A DNA stretch of 64,000 bases from Chiloscyllium plagiosum (taxonomy: Eukaryota), in NCBI RefSeq assembly GCF_004010195.1, contig NC_057719.1, positions 16,697,532 through 16,761,531 on the forward strand, given 5' to 3'. Shown one piece after another: positions 49,883-62,615 of the stretch; within the stretch, counting starts at the first letter, position 1; every line of letters starts with the position of its first letter. A program made the position numbers and the translations under genes. The notes beneath the pieces were generated by a model, which did no database searches, was not told the origin of the DNA, and saw only the letters and a list, made by a program, of their open reading frames with translations.

Positions 49883-52837
49883 AGATTGAAGAATGGCAGC
49901 TTAGAGCAACCAGTTCCTGGGGGAGTAGAACCTCTCACGTGTCTGTGTCTTCAGGAGCAGAGGAGAGAGAATTTTGCAAAACAAAAATGCAGCTTGTTTT
50001 GATGACATTTTTTTACCCAACTCTCTGGTCACTAACTTTTAGTGAGGTTGAGCCAGCTCTTATCCTGACTCTTTGTTTGTAGAGCACATCAGAAGGCATT
50101 AGTATCTCCACAGGAGTTAAATCTCATTGCTCATTCTCTTCACATTTGACAGTGTTAGTTACTAGTTCACAGGTATTCTTTTGCTATTCAAGGCCTATTG
50201 ACTTTCATAGGGCTGTTGCACCACAGTGATTGTGTCTGTACCTCTGGAACAAATGGCCTGGGTTCAGGTTCCACCTGGTCTGGAGATGTGGAATATCATC
50301 TCAAACAAGATTGTTCAGAAAATATCTCAATGCCAAACCATGTTGTAGTGGAAATCTGAAAATTAGCAAATGACCAATAAGAAACACACATATTTGTATA
50401 AGTCAGAATGGTTAAGATGCCTAAAGCATTTCCTATTGGAAGGTTCTTCTGTTTGTTGTGGTTAGAAATCCTGGCTCAAATCCAGCAAGCACCTAATTAT
50501 ATCAACTCCTTACAAGTTCAGCAACCTTCCCAATGCTGAAGATGTCAATAACCTTTAGCAAAGGTGACCTGATAGAAGTGAGACTCTGTTGGCTGTTGTG
50601 AGAGGACATTCTGAATTGGTAAATATCATATCCTGCAGAGAAGCTCCTTGCATATAAACATAGGACAAGAGGAGGCAAGGAGCGACAGCCTCTGTTACTC
50701 ACCCAATCTGTTTGATCTGACGATCCTCGTCTATATTGCGAGCTTGTAGGGAGCAAAAATCCGGGGAGAGAAATAGAACCAATTGCCACTTTTTTAAAAA
50801 ATTCTGGGAAATATACCTCAAACTCCCAAAGCAATCAGGTATCTTTGATATTTATCTGTGTCATTATCACGACATACACAACCTATTCCCACACCCCTCT
50901 ATGTGTCTCAAAGCCATTGGGAAATTGAAACCTCTTTACTCATCTGGGTAGAGACAAATGTCTCAAAATTCACTTTTCTACATTATTTCATATTATTTTA
51001 GCACACTTATCTGTAAAAGAAATCTGTTAGGGTGTTGAATTTTTATTTACACATATGCATGTTACCTGCAGATTCTGAACGTTTAGTTTCACATTGAGCC
51101 TGGAATAAAAACTGAACCGAACATTAATTGTGTTTTATACCAGGACATGGAAAAACAGAGGTAGCAAGTGAAGAAAATTACCGTTGTAAACTTTACTCCC
51201 TATGTGCAATATTAGTAGGCTTGTAGCAATTGTCTGTATTTGAATAAATGCAGGTATATGGTGCAGTTAATCAATCGTGAAATTCTGCAGACTGGACTGT
51301 CTATGTTGTTAAGCTGTGTGTGAAAGGTCGCTTCTGATGAGAACTATACAGAAAAGGACAACAATCTGATTTCAAGACAAATCGCTTTTGGTTAAATAAT
51401 TGGCTCTGTATTTTTTGTTTAATCTTCCGATACTACATTGCTTTATGTATTGATGAGTTCAATTTCTGAGAAGTTTAATCTGGTTATACATTTTGATGAT
51501 GTGTTGCAGATTCTGTTAGTTGTCTGTAAAGTCAGGGGGAAATCTTTCTTTTCCCATTCCCAGATTTTTTCCTTGCTTCATGAATAGGCCACACAGATCA
51601 TAATGGGGCAGAGGGTTCAGATGGTTATGCATTAGTAGAGGCTGCAAAAAGAAAGCACTGGCTGAACATGAAACATTATTTTTCTTCCTGAGTAACAAAG
51701 ATTTTTAAAAGGTTTGCAAAGACTGAGAATACACGCTTCCAAATAATCTGGTTATACCATCGGAGCAAAATTGTGTGATGGAGGGGAATCCTGCAACCGA
51801 TCACTTCTAACTCAACCACGCCTCTTGAAGAAGCTGCATTGGGGGTAGCATAAGTGTTTCAGGGCAAGGAGTGAAACAGGAGGTAGATATTTTTTTTAAA
51901 ATTAAGAACTTTGTTTTCTGAGGGAATTATCAGTAGATAGGTACATGTATAAAGGAAAACTAGAAAAATGCAGAATAAGAGTAGATGAACTGTGAATATA
52001 AAAGATGGATATTTTGATAAGATTGTGAAGCGACCATGTTAACTACTGTACTTGAGCACAATTGCAACTGAAGGTTTGTTGTGGAACTTGTGATGAGGAA
52101 ATTCCTGCTGTTATTTTATCTGCTGTGTATGTGTGCGTGTGCTGACTCTGTAAACTATAATGAACGCTGCTGTTTTTGACTGCTCTTTCTATACATATTG
52201 AAAGCTCAATGGGCCTGGCATGGATTTGTAACCTCAATAGAACACACCATTTATTCCCCCACCCCAAAGTGTACTTTTTTAAAAAATAACAATTTTAGTC
52301 TCCGAGAGTTTAGTTAAACAATAAAAGGAAATATGTCTCATAAGAGCTGTTAGATGACTTTCAGACAAAATAAAACATACCAATTTGTTGTGCAGTGATG
52401 TGTCTTCCTTTTTGAAACATCTAAAGATAATGTATCCATAAGGGTGTGCTAACTCATCCTTTCATTGCAAACATTCCATCCCAGCTACACCTTGTCCAGT
52501 CAAGCATTTCTTTACTTCTGGTGCTGTACCCAAAAGGACCATCCCAGCTACCAATCACATGTATCTTGAAGGAGTCTTTCCTGACGCTAGTACCCAGCAT
52601 TACCAGTTCATATTAAAATCTAATTTGTCTTATGTTTGCCACTGACTTAACTTACAACCTACAACAAAAGTTTTTTTGTGTGTGAACTGTCCCACTTTTT
52701 TTTCAAAAAAAAGGTTCAGTTTATTCTTTGACTTTGGTAAAGTTGTTTTCTTGATATGAGGTTTCACATGCACTTCAGACTTCCTAAGATCTCCCATGTA
52801 AACACCCTGCACATGTTAGCCTGAACAGAGTTGGCTC

Positions 52838-53070
52838 AGTCCCAACCCTCGAACTCAGCACCACCTTCCTAACCTGCAATCTTCTTCCTGACCTCTCCGT
52901 CCCCACCCCCACTCTGGCCTANNNNNNNNNNNNNNNNNNNNNNNNNNNNNNNNNNNNNNNNNNNNNNNNNNNNNNNNNNNNNNNNNNNNNNNNNNNNNNN
53001 NNNNNNNNNNNNNNTGCTCCTTGGATGCTGCCTGACCTGCTGCGCTTTTCCAGCAACACATTTTCAGCTT
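52838..53070 (+). mobile_element. PLE terminal-repeat fragment spanning an assembly gap (N 52922-53014)
   Basis: C-rich tract, then GGATGCTGCCTGACCTGCTGCGCTTTTCCAGC. Confidence 0.7.
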
Positions 53071-53675
53071 AACTTTTACAAGAACCTTGGACAATCTTCT
53101 CACCTTGGACTAACACTCACATTGTTTAGCGCATTTATTCACTGAAGAATATGCACTTATATAGAATGATTCATGTCCTCAGGATATCTCTAGTTAACTA
53201 CTTTTTGACTTGCAATCACAGTATTAATTCACACAGCAATTGAGAAAATGAACTGAATATTATTTGTTGGATGCATTGGTTAATAAAATGTTAGCTAGGA
53301 TAGTTAGGGTTGGGGGGCATAACTTTTTAAAATGTCACAAGATATCTTTGTCGCTAATAAGAACATATGAGTTATGAGGAGGCCATTTGGCACTTTGAGC
53401 CTATTTCTTATTCAAGATGATCTAATTATGGCCACAAACTCAATCTGCCTCTCCAGCCCCCAGTATCCTTGCATTCCTTTTCTTACCAAGAATCTCTCCA
53501 TGTTCACATCCCTCTCTGAGTGAAAAGTAATCTCGGCCTTAAATTGGGTGACCTCTTACTTAAAGCTCTCCTAGATTCTCGCACAAGTGAAAAGATGCTT
53601 TTCTTTGACACATCTTTCCTAAATAACGTGATGAATACTATATACAATACTCCAGGTGAGATATCTCATCAGTAT

Positions 53676-53893
53676 AAAACAAAGAACTGCAGACACTGTA
53701 ATAAAAACAGAAATTGCTGGAGAATCTCAGCAGGTCTGTGGAGAGAGAAAAACAGAGTTACCATTTCAGTTTCAGTGACCTTTCTTCTGGACAGAACCAT
53801 TCTGAAGGGTTACCAAACTCGAAATGCCGTTATTCTCTCCGCAGATACTGCCAGACCTATTGAGTTTATCCAGCAACCTCAGATTTTGTGATC
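53676..53893. mobile_element. Degenerate fold-back PLE-terminus repeat
   Basis: AAACAGAAATTGCTGGAGAATCTCAGCAGGTCTG with inverse CAGACCTATTGAGTTTATCCAGCAA. Confidence 0.6.
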
Positions 53894-54696
53894 TCACCTC
53901 TGCCCTGAATAATTTAAGTATAACCCTTTTTTATATATATATATTCAATTTGCCCCACACAAAAAAAATTGAACAATCTATTAGCTTTCTGAATCACTTG
54001 TTGTAACTGCCTAACCATTTGTGATTATTGCCTTAAGTCTCCAAAATCCCACTTCATCTCAGTGGTCTACAATCTCTCACTGTTTTGAAAGTATGCTTTT
54101 TTCACACTGTCACACTCCCTTGCTTAACCAATCTATATCTGTTTTTAGCCTCATCATGTCCTCTTCTCAACTTATCTTCCCACCTATCTTTGTGTCATCA
54201 GCACATTTGGCAACCAGACCTTCCATCCCTTCGTCCAAATAATTTCTTTAAATTGTAAACAGTTGAAGCCCAGTTGATCCCTGTGGCAACCACTTATTAC
54301 ATCTTGCCAACTAGAAAATGACCCATTAATGCCTACTGTTTCTTGTTAGCTAGCCAATCATCCATCTATGCTCATGTGTTACCCTGACACCATGAGTGTT
54401 TTTCTTTGCAATAATCTTTAATGTGGCATCTTGTGTCTCTTTATCCACAACACCTGTTACTTCTCCAACCGTAATCAATTGATTAAATATGATTTTCCAT
54501 TCTGACTCTGCTAGATTACCTCAAACTTTTCCTGAGTATCATTAGGAAGCTTAAATAGTTTCTTACAGTTTCCTTGGGACAGCTGTTAAGCTACTGGCCT
54601 GAGGTTTGGTCTCCCTTTTTGAATAAAGGAGTTACAATTGCTACCATTAATTATAAAAGGGAATCGCCCCCAATTTGAGGGAATTTTGGAACATTT

Positions 54697-55643
54697 TGAT
54701 GTGAACATAGGAAATATGGTTAATAAGTTTGCTGATGACCCCAAATAGGTGGACGACAATGATGAAGATTAATTGATAGTGATAAAGATTATCTCAGACT
54801 ACAAGACTCTGATCCAATGGGCCAAAGGGCTAAGAAGTGGCAGATAGATTTTAATTTAGATAAATGTGTGTGTTGTATCTTGATTAGACAAACCAGGGAA
54901 GAATTTATACAGTTAATGGTAAGGTCCCGGGGAGAAGCAAACAAAGAGATCTTGGGGTGCAGTGCAAAGTTCTTTGAAAGTGGAAACTCAGGTAGACAGG
55001 GTTATGAAGAAAAGTATTTGGCATGCTTGCCTTCATTGGGTCAGTGCACTGACTATACAAGTTGGGATGTCATGTTGCGGATGTACAGGACATTGCTGTG
55101 GTCGCTTTTAGAACACTGCGTACAATTCTGGTCACCGTTCTGTAGGAAGGGTGTTGTTAAACCTGAGCGTGTGCTGAAAAGACTTACAAGGGTGTTGCTG
55201 TGAGTGGAAGGTTTGAGCTTTAGGGCGAGGCTAAATAGACTGGGGCTGTTTTCCCTGGAGCATCAGAGACTGAGAGGGACCTTACACAGGTTTATGAAAT
55301 CTTGAAGGGCATGGATAGGGTGAATAATCAAGATCTTTGTCCTTGGATGGGAAACTAGAGAGCATAGGCTTAAGGGGACAGGGGAATGATTTAAAAGGAA
55401 CCTAAGGGGTAATTTTTTTATGAAGAGGGTAGTGTGTGTATGGAACGAGCTGCCAGAGGAAGTGGTGGAGGCAGCTACAATTGCAACATTTAAAAGGCAT
55501 CTGGATGGGTATATGAATAGGAAGGGTTTAGAGAGATATGGGCCAAATGCTGGCAAATGGGACTAGATCAGATTGGGATGTCTAGTTGGCACAGACGAGT
55601 TGGACTGAAGGGTCTGTTTCTGTGCTGTATAACTCTATGACTC
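54697..55643 (+). mobile_element. CR1 (HER1-like) LINE 3' ~950 bp
   Basis: KFADD at ~54725; ORF 54817-55203 (YRTLL..LEHCVQFWSP); WNELPEEVVEA; tail ending CTCTATGACTC. Confidence 0.9.
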
Positions 55644-56934
55644 CATCTGTCTCATTCTTTTAAGACCCTGGAAGAATTGCATTAAGATCTAGGGTCTTTG
55701 CAGCCCACAGCTCCTGGTGTGGTCTCATCAGTTCCCTGCAGATTGAAGCTTAATTTGCCAAAGCTTTCTGCTTATTTCCCCTTGCAACAAATGGGAGCAT
55801 TCTATTAGTTTTCCTGATAACCCGCTGTATCTACATACTATCCTTTTCTGATTTCCCATGAGGACACCCAGATCCCTCTGCCTGCCAAAACTTTGCAACC
55901 TCCTTTCATTTAAATAATTATTTTCCTTCCTGTCAAAATGTATTACATTATGTTCCTTTGCTGTACTTTCGCTCGTTCACTTTAACTATATCTTTTCATA
56001 GCTTCTTTAAATTCTCGCCACAACTTACTATTCTTTGCGTCATCAGCAAATTTGGCAACAATAGATTCTATTCAGTCATCCAAGTCATTAATTAATATTG
56101 TCAAGCACTGTTCCTGTAGCAATACACTTGTTACAGACCCCAATCTGAAAAGACCCTTTACCACCTTCTCTGCCTCCTGTTAACCAGTCAATCCATATCA
56201 ATATACTACCCCCATACATTCAACTTCTATCTTCCAAAAAACCTTTGACCTGACAGCATCTGGAAGTCTACATACATTCACTGGTTTACTTTATGCACAG
56301 CACGTTACCTTCTCAAAGATTTCCCATAAATTGGTCAAACATTATTTCCCTTTCACAAAACTATGTTGACTCTGCCTGATCACCTTGAACTTACCTAAGT
56401 GGCCTGCTGTGACAGTTTTAATAATAACTTTGAACATTCTCCTATGACAAATGCTAAGTGAACTGGCTTATACTTTCCTGTGGTTTTTCTCCCCTTTTGA
56501 ATAAAGGAATTGCAATTGCTTTCTTCCAATCTTATGTAACTGCCCCTAACTCAAGCAGGTTTAGGTAAATTAAAATTAGTGCATCAACTACCTCACTAAC
56601 CATTTATTTTAAAATACTGTGAAGTCGTCCATCAGGACCTGGCACTTTTAAGCCCACAGCTCCAATTTACTCAGTGTTACTTCTGTGGTCAGTGTGATTT
56701 TCTTGAGACCTATCTCTTTTCCATGGCCTGAATTATAACTGCTTCTGGAATGTTACTTGTAACCTCTATGGTGAAGACCAATGTAAAATACTTGATCTCA
56801 CTTTCTCATTTCTAGTACAAATTCTCCAATCTTACTTTCTTTAGAAACAATGCTCTCTGTAAAAATGAATTTTTAAAACAAGTTTACAAACATTCATGGC
56901 TTTTTAAAAATATTTTTGGCTGGCTTTCTCTCAA

Positions 56935-59335
56935 AGAACAGTATATTACAGGAACAGGCCTTTCTGCCGACCAGGACTGCACCAACATATGGTGTATTTC
57001 TAAACTAAAACATTTTGCCTCTAAACTGTCCACATGCCTCTATCCCCTACTTATTCCTATCTGTCAAGATGCCTCTTAAATGTTGCTATTGTATCTGCCT
57101 CCACCACCTCTTCTAGCAGCGCATTCCAGGTATTTACCATGCTTTGTAGAAAAAAACTTGCCTCTCACTTTCCCCTGTTTACCTTAAACCTATGTCCCCT
57201 AGAAATTAATATTTCTACCCTGGGAAAAAGACTCCAACTATCTAGGCCAGTCATAATTTTGTAAATTTGTAATAGGTTGCCCCTTGTCCTTCGATGTTCA
57301 AGTGAAAACAAACCAGATTTATCCAATCTCTCTTCTTAATTAATACCCTCCAACCAGGCAACATTCTGGTAAACCATTTCTTTACCCTCTCCAGAGCCTC
57401 CACATCCTTCTGCCAGTGTGGCAACCAGAACTGCACACAAAGTTCTGAATGTGACCTAGCTAAAGTTATATACAGCTGGAACATGACTTGCCCACTTTGA
57501 TACTCTATGCTATGATTGACTAGGGCAAGTATGCCATATGTCTTCTTGGACCATCGTATCCACTTATGTTGCCACTTGCAGGAAAATCTTGACTCATATG
57601 TCTAGATCCCTCTATATGTTAATGTGTTTAAGAGTTCTCCTATTTTATTCTTCCCTCCTGCATTAAATCTTCCAAAATGCATCACCTTGCATTTGTCTGG
57701 AAACTCCATTTCTGCATCCAAGTCTCCAGCCTATCTACATCTTGCGGTATCCTTTAGCAATCTTCCTCACTATCCACAGCTCCCCCAATCTTTGTGTCAG
57801 CTAGAAACTTACTAATCAGGTCACCTACATTCTTCTCCAAATCATATATATTAACAAGCAACGTAGGCTGCACCATTCATCCCTGTGGGACACCAGTGGT
57901 CACAGATCTCCAGTCAGAAAAACACCCTTCCACTGCTACTCCGTCTTCTATGACTAAGCCATGATTTGGAGATGCCGGTGTTGGACTGGGGTGGACAAAG
58001 TTAAAAATCGCACAACACCAGGTTTTAGTCCAACACAATTATTTGGAAGCACTACCTTTCGGAGTGCTGCTCCTTCATCAGGTGGTTGTGGAGTAGAAGA
58101 TCGTAAGGCACAGAGCAAATGGTTACAGTGTGATGTCACTGAAATTATACATTGAAAAAGACCTGGATTGTTTTTTAAGTCTCTCATATTTTAGAATGAC
58201 CATGTTGGTTTCAGTTCTTCCATATGTCAATTGCAAAACTTTTTTTAAAGTTACATTCTCAAGTGAACTTTAACAATTGGTGTCATGTCAGCCCAGATAA
58301 TGCACTGAAGATGTGAGCTTCTCTCTGTGAGGCTGTCTGTGCCACAACGGTCAGACTGATTCTAATCTAAAAAACGGATTTACAGAATCTTACATGGATA
58401 CATGCAGTTTTTGAGCAAATTAAAATGTAATCCTGCAAGTACAAATTCACTCCACAAACTTATCTGTGTATGTGTGCATGTGGGTGTGTGTGTGTGTAGG
58501 GGGTGATGGGTGTCTGTGAGAGAGTGTGTGTACATGTGTGAGTATGAGTGCAAAGGGGTATAAGTTTCTGAGAGGGTGCATGTGAGTGTGTGCGAGTGTA
58601 TGTCTGAGCGTATGAGAGAGGATCTGCATGTGTATGGGTCAGTTGGAAGTGTGTGTGTGTGTCTGTCTGTCTCGGTCTGTGTGGTGTATAGGGCAATGGG
58701 GTCAGCTGTTGTGTGACATGAACCCAAGGTCCCGGTTGAGGCCATCGCCATGGGTACCGAATTTGGCTGTCAGCCTCTGCTCAGCCACTTTTTGTTGTTG
58801 TCTGTTCCAAAGTTTGCCTTGGATGACAGTCACCCGAAGGTCAGAGGTCGAATGTCCTGGACCACTGGTGTTCTCCGACTGGGAGGGAACACTCCTATCT
58901 GTTGATTGTTGTGCGATGCCCATTCATCCGTTGCCTCTGCTTGGGTCTTGCCAATGTACCATGCCTCAGGGTATCTTTGCCTACAGCATATGACATAGGC
59001 AACGTTGGCTGAGTTGCATGGGTACCTGCCACGTACATGATGGGAGGTGTCCCCACGTGTAATGGTGGTATCTGTGCCAACATTCGGACATGTCTTTCAA
59101 GGTTGTATGGTGTTGGCCTGAAAGCTGGGCAGTTTGCTACGAACAATGATCTGCTTGAGCTTTGGTGGCTGTTTAAAGGCGAGAAGTGGAGGTGTGGGGA
59201 AGGTCTTAGCGAGGTGGTCACCCTCATTGATAATGTGTTGTAGCCTGCGAAGAACATGGCGGAGTTTACATGGCACAGAACATGACTAAGCCAGTTTTGT
59301 ATCCATCTTACAATCTTATCCATCCGTCCATCCTC
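56935..59335 (-). mobile_element. CR1 LINE fragment split by a PLE insertion (CR1 parts ~56935-57961 and ~59282-59335)
   Basis: ORF 57251-57484 (LYITLARSHSELCVQFWLP..ALERVKKWFTRMLPG). KIVRWIQNWLSH continues across the insertion. Confidence 0.82.
57962..59281 (-). mobile_element. 5'-truncated Penelope-like element (GIY-YIG endonuclease region + 3' terminal repeat with hammerhead); perfect 12-bp TSD
   Basis: ATGACTAAGCCA at 57950-57961 and 59282-59293. SCNSANV.Y.I.C...WYIG, RMNGHR and EQRLTAKFGTHGDGLNRDLGF. Hammerhead motif at 58050-58085 (-). Confidence 0.9.
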
Positions 59336-59377
59336 TGATTTTTCTCTCTTCACTAATTTGTTGGAGTTTTTAAAAAT

Positions 59378-59571
59378 AGAATCACTACAGTGTGGAAACA
59401 GGCCCTACAGCCCAACAAGTCCATACCGACCCTCTGAAGAGTAACCCATTCAGACCCATTCCCCTACCCTATATTTACACCTGACTAATGCACTTAACCT
59501 ACACATCCATGAACACTACGGGCTATTTAGCACAGCCAATTCATTTAACATACACAGTTTTGGATTGTGGG
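59378..59571 (-). mobile_element. HE1-like SINE 3' half
   Basis: ACAGTGTGGAAACAGGCCC...CTGACTAATGCAC...TTGGATTGTGGG is homologous to 27145-27320. Confidence 0.8.
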
Positions 59572-59919
59572 ATTTTGTTTGTTTTTTTAAGCAAAATTCA
59601 GTTCTGTTGTTCGACCTAATCCTTGAGATTGTGTAATTACATGATTATGTTTTGGTTTATTACTTTCTTTAACATTTCTAGTTAACGATCAATGGTGCAG
59701 CAGTCACTTGGATTTATTCTTACCCATTGCAATACATCTCAATGTGCCAATTCACTTTAGCCAGCTGAGCTTTCATACGCTCATGTGACTGACTCTTAAC
59801 TGCCCTCTGGGCAGCTAGAGATGAGCAATAAATGTTGGCTTAGTCAGCAATGCTTCCATGCTGTGAATGGATTTTAAAAGTCCTCTTAATTACATTTTTA
59901 AAAACAGTCTCAGACCCAC

Positions 59920-60246
59920 TCATAAAATCCCTACAGTGAGGAAAGTGGCCATTCGGCCCATCAAGTCTACACTAACCCTCCAAAGAGCATCCACCCAGTC
60001 CTAGCTCTCACCATATCTCCACTTACCATGGCTAAGCCACCTCGCCTGCAGGTCCCTATGACATTACAGGGAAATTTAGCAATGGTCAACCCGCCTACCT
60101 TGGATACCTATGGGAGGAAACCAGAGCACCTGGAGGAAACCCACGCAGACACAGGAAGAATGTGCAAAATTTGCACAGTTGCGCAAGGCTGGAATCAAAC
60201 CAGGGTTCTTGACACTGAGAGACAGCATCGCTAAGCACTGAGCCAT
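59920..60246 (-). mobile_element. HE1-like V-SINE
   Basis: Contains GGGAGGAAACCAGAGCACCTGGAGGAAACCCACGCAGACACAGGAAGAATGTGCAAA. Confidence 0.82.
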
Positions 60247-60359
60247 TTGTCTCTCCCTCAAACTAAATGTAAAATGGGAATGGGAGAATCTTGATGTGGT
60301 CTATGTAGGTACAAATAAAAGAGTCTGCATCAACCTTCCAAAGAGGTTATCCTTCTGTA

Positions 60360-60810
60360 TTGTGTAGAGAGAGAAACAGAGTTAACACTGAAGCAAAAAC
60401 GGAAATTGCTGAAAAGGCTCTGCAGGACGTGGAGAGAAATCGAAATTAACGTTTCGGGTTCAGTTACCCTTCCACGGAAGTGATGATAACTAGGAATGTG
60501 TTGGTTTGTATGCAGAGGATTGAGGGTGGGAGAAAGAGAGCGTGAGAGGCATACACAATAGGTGGATATAGAACCAAAGAGAGAGAAGAATGGTTGGACA
60601 GACAAAGGAGTGCAGAACAATCAGCCTAGGAGAATGCATAACTATTAGTGAACAATTAGTGGATAATAATGGGTAGTGCATAATAGTAGACTGTGAGATA
60701 ATAAGGCCTGGCGTGTGGGGGTTGGGGTAAGCACATGTGAGGGTATCTCAAGCCCTAAAATTGTTGAACTCAATATTGAGACCTGAAGAGTTCCCAAGCA
60801 GAAAATAAGT
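60360..60810 (-). mobile_element. PLE 3' fragment (endonuclease end + terminal repeat)
   Basis: LIFCLGTLQ near 60780-60810. Motif GGAAGGGTAACTGAACCCGAAACGTT on the minus strand at ~60448-60475. Confidence 0.65.
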
Positions 60811-60812
60811 CC

Positions 60813-61650
60813 TGGAGAAAGTGAGGACTGCAGATACTGGAAATCAGAGTTGAGAGTGTGGTGCTGGAAAAGCACATCAGGTCAGGCAGCATCCAAGGAG
60901 CAGGAGAATCAATGTTTCAGGCATAAGCCCTTCATCAGCTTGTGGATTAGTTGGGAGTGGGGGCAGGGGGAGGAAAACTGAGAAATAAATGGGAAGGGAT
61001 GGGGCTGGGGAAGGGGAAGGTAGCTGGGAATGTGGATGAAGGTAGATGAAGGTGCAGGTGGATGTGATGGGTCGGAAGGTACGGTAGAGCGGATGAGTGG
61101 GAAGGAAGGAAGGAAGATGGACAGGTAGGACTAGTCAAGAGGGTGGGGCTTGGGATGGATAAGATGGAAGAAGGGGAAAATGAGGAAACTGGCGAAATCC
61201 ACACTGATCCCGTGTGGTTGCAAGGTCCCAAGGTGGAAGATGAGGCGGTCTTCCTCCAGGCATCTGGTGGTAAGGGTTAGGTAATGGAGGAGGCCCATGA
61301 GCTGCATGTCCTTGGAGTGGGGGGGGGAGGGGAGGGGAGTTAAAATGCTCAGCCTCGGGACAGAAGGGATTGGTTGGTGCAGGCGTCCCAGAGGTATTCT
61401 GAAATGATCCACAAGTTTGTGTCCTGTCTCCCCAAAGTACAGGAGACCACATTAGGTACAATGGATGCAGTAGATAACATACATGGAAATACAGGTAAAT
61501 TCTGTCAGCTGTGGAATGATCCTTTGGACAGAGGTGAGGTGTGGGCACAGGGTTTGCACTTCTTGCAGCAGCTGAGAAAGGTGCCGGGGTGGGGTGGGGT
61601 GGGGTGCATGGATCTGACGATGGAGTCACAGAGAGGATGGTCTCTGCAAG
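60813..61650 (-). mobile_element. PLE 3' fragment: GIY-YIG region + terminal repeat with hammerhead motif (~60907-60940)
   Basis: MQLMGLLH..TRCLEEDRLIFHLGTLQPHGISVDF; CTGATGAAGGGCTTATGCCTGAAACATTG. Confidence 0.85.
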
Positions 61651-61873
61651 ATTTGTGAAGGTTTGTAGCTCAGGTTGAGGTTTAGGGTGTAGGTTTGATA
61701 TCCAGACATTTCATTACCTGGCTAGGTAACATCATCAGTGGCGACCTCCAAGTGAAGCGAAGCTGTTGTCTCCTGCTTTCTATTTATATGTTTGTCCTGG
61801 ATGGGGTTCCTGGGGTTTGTGGTGATGTCATTTCCTGTTCGTTTTCTGAGGGGTTGATAGATGGTATCTAGAT

Positions 61874-62583
61874 NNNNNNNNNNNNNNNNNNNNNNNNNNN
61901 NNNNNNNNNNNNNNNNNNNNNNNNNNNNNNNNNNNNNNNNNNNNNNNNNNNNNNNNNNNNNNNNNNNNNNNNNNNNNNNNNNNNNNNNNNNNNNNNNNNN
62001 NNNNNNNNNNNNNNNNNNNNNNNNNNNNNNNNNNNNNNNNNNNNNNNNNNNNNNNNNNNNNNNNNNNNNNNNNNNNNNNNNNNNNNNNNNNNNNNNNNNN
62101 NNNNNNNNNNNNNNNNNNNNNNNNNNNNNNNNNNNNNNNNNNNNNNNNNNNNNNNNNNNNNNNNNNNNNNNNNNNNNNNNNNNNNNNNNNNNNNNNNNNN
62201 NNNNNNNNNNNNNNNNNNNNNNNNNNNNNNNNNNNNNNNNNNNNNNNNNNNNNNNNNNNNNNNNNNNNNNNNNNNNNNNNNNNNNNNNNNNNNNNNNNNN
62301 NNNNNNNNNNNNNNNNNNNNNNNNNNNNNNNNNNNNNNNNNNNNNNNNNNNNNNNNNNNNNNNNNNNNNNNNNNNNNNNNNNNNNNNNNNNNNNNNNNNN
62401 NNNNNNNNNNNNNNNNNNNNNNNNNNNNNNNNNNNNNNNNNNNNNNNNNNNNNNNNNNNNNNNNNNNNNNNNNNNNNNNNNNNNNNNNNNNNNNNNNNNN
62501 NNNNNNNNNNNNNNNNNNNNNNNNNNNNNNNNNNNNNNNNNNNNNNNNNNNNNNNNNNNNNNNNNNNNNNNNNNNNNNNNNNN
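61874..62583. other. Assembly gap
   Basis: Run of N. Confidence 1.
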
Positions 62584-62615
62584 GTTAGGGTTTCTGGCTG
62601 TGTTTGGTCTGCTTG

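Larger units (their letters stand above)
53358..56810 (-). mobile_element. Old degenerate CR1-type LINE(s) hosting younger insertions
   Basis: Minus-strand tail at ~53360-53430. TGTGTCATCAGCACATTT (54191) and GTCATCAGCAAATTT (56039) correspond to K(F/C)ADD RT motifs on the minus strand. Confidence 0.6.

Noticed and set aside
61586..61605. (GGGGT)4 G-quadruplex motif
   Set aside because: A short slippage expansion inside a decayed PLE with nothing to indicate function.
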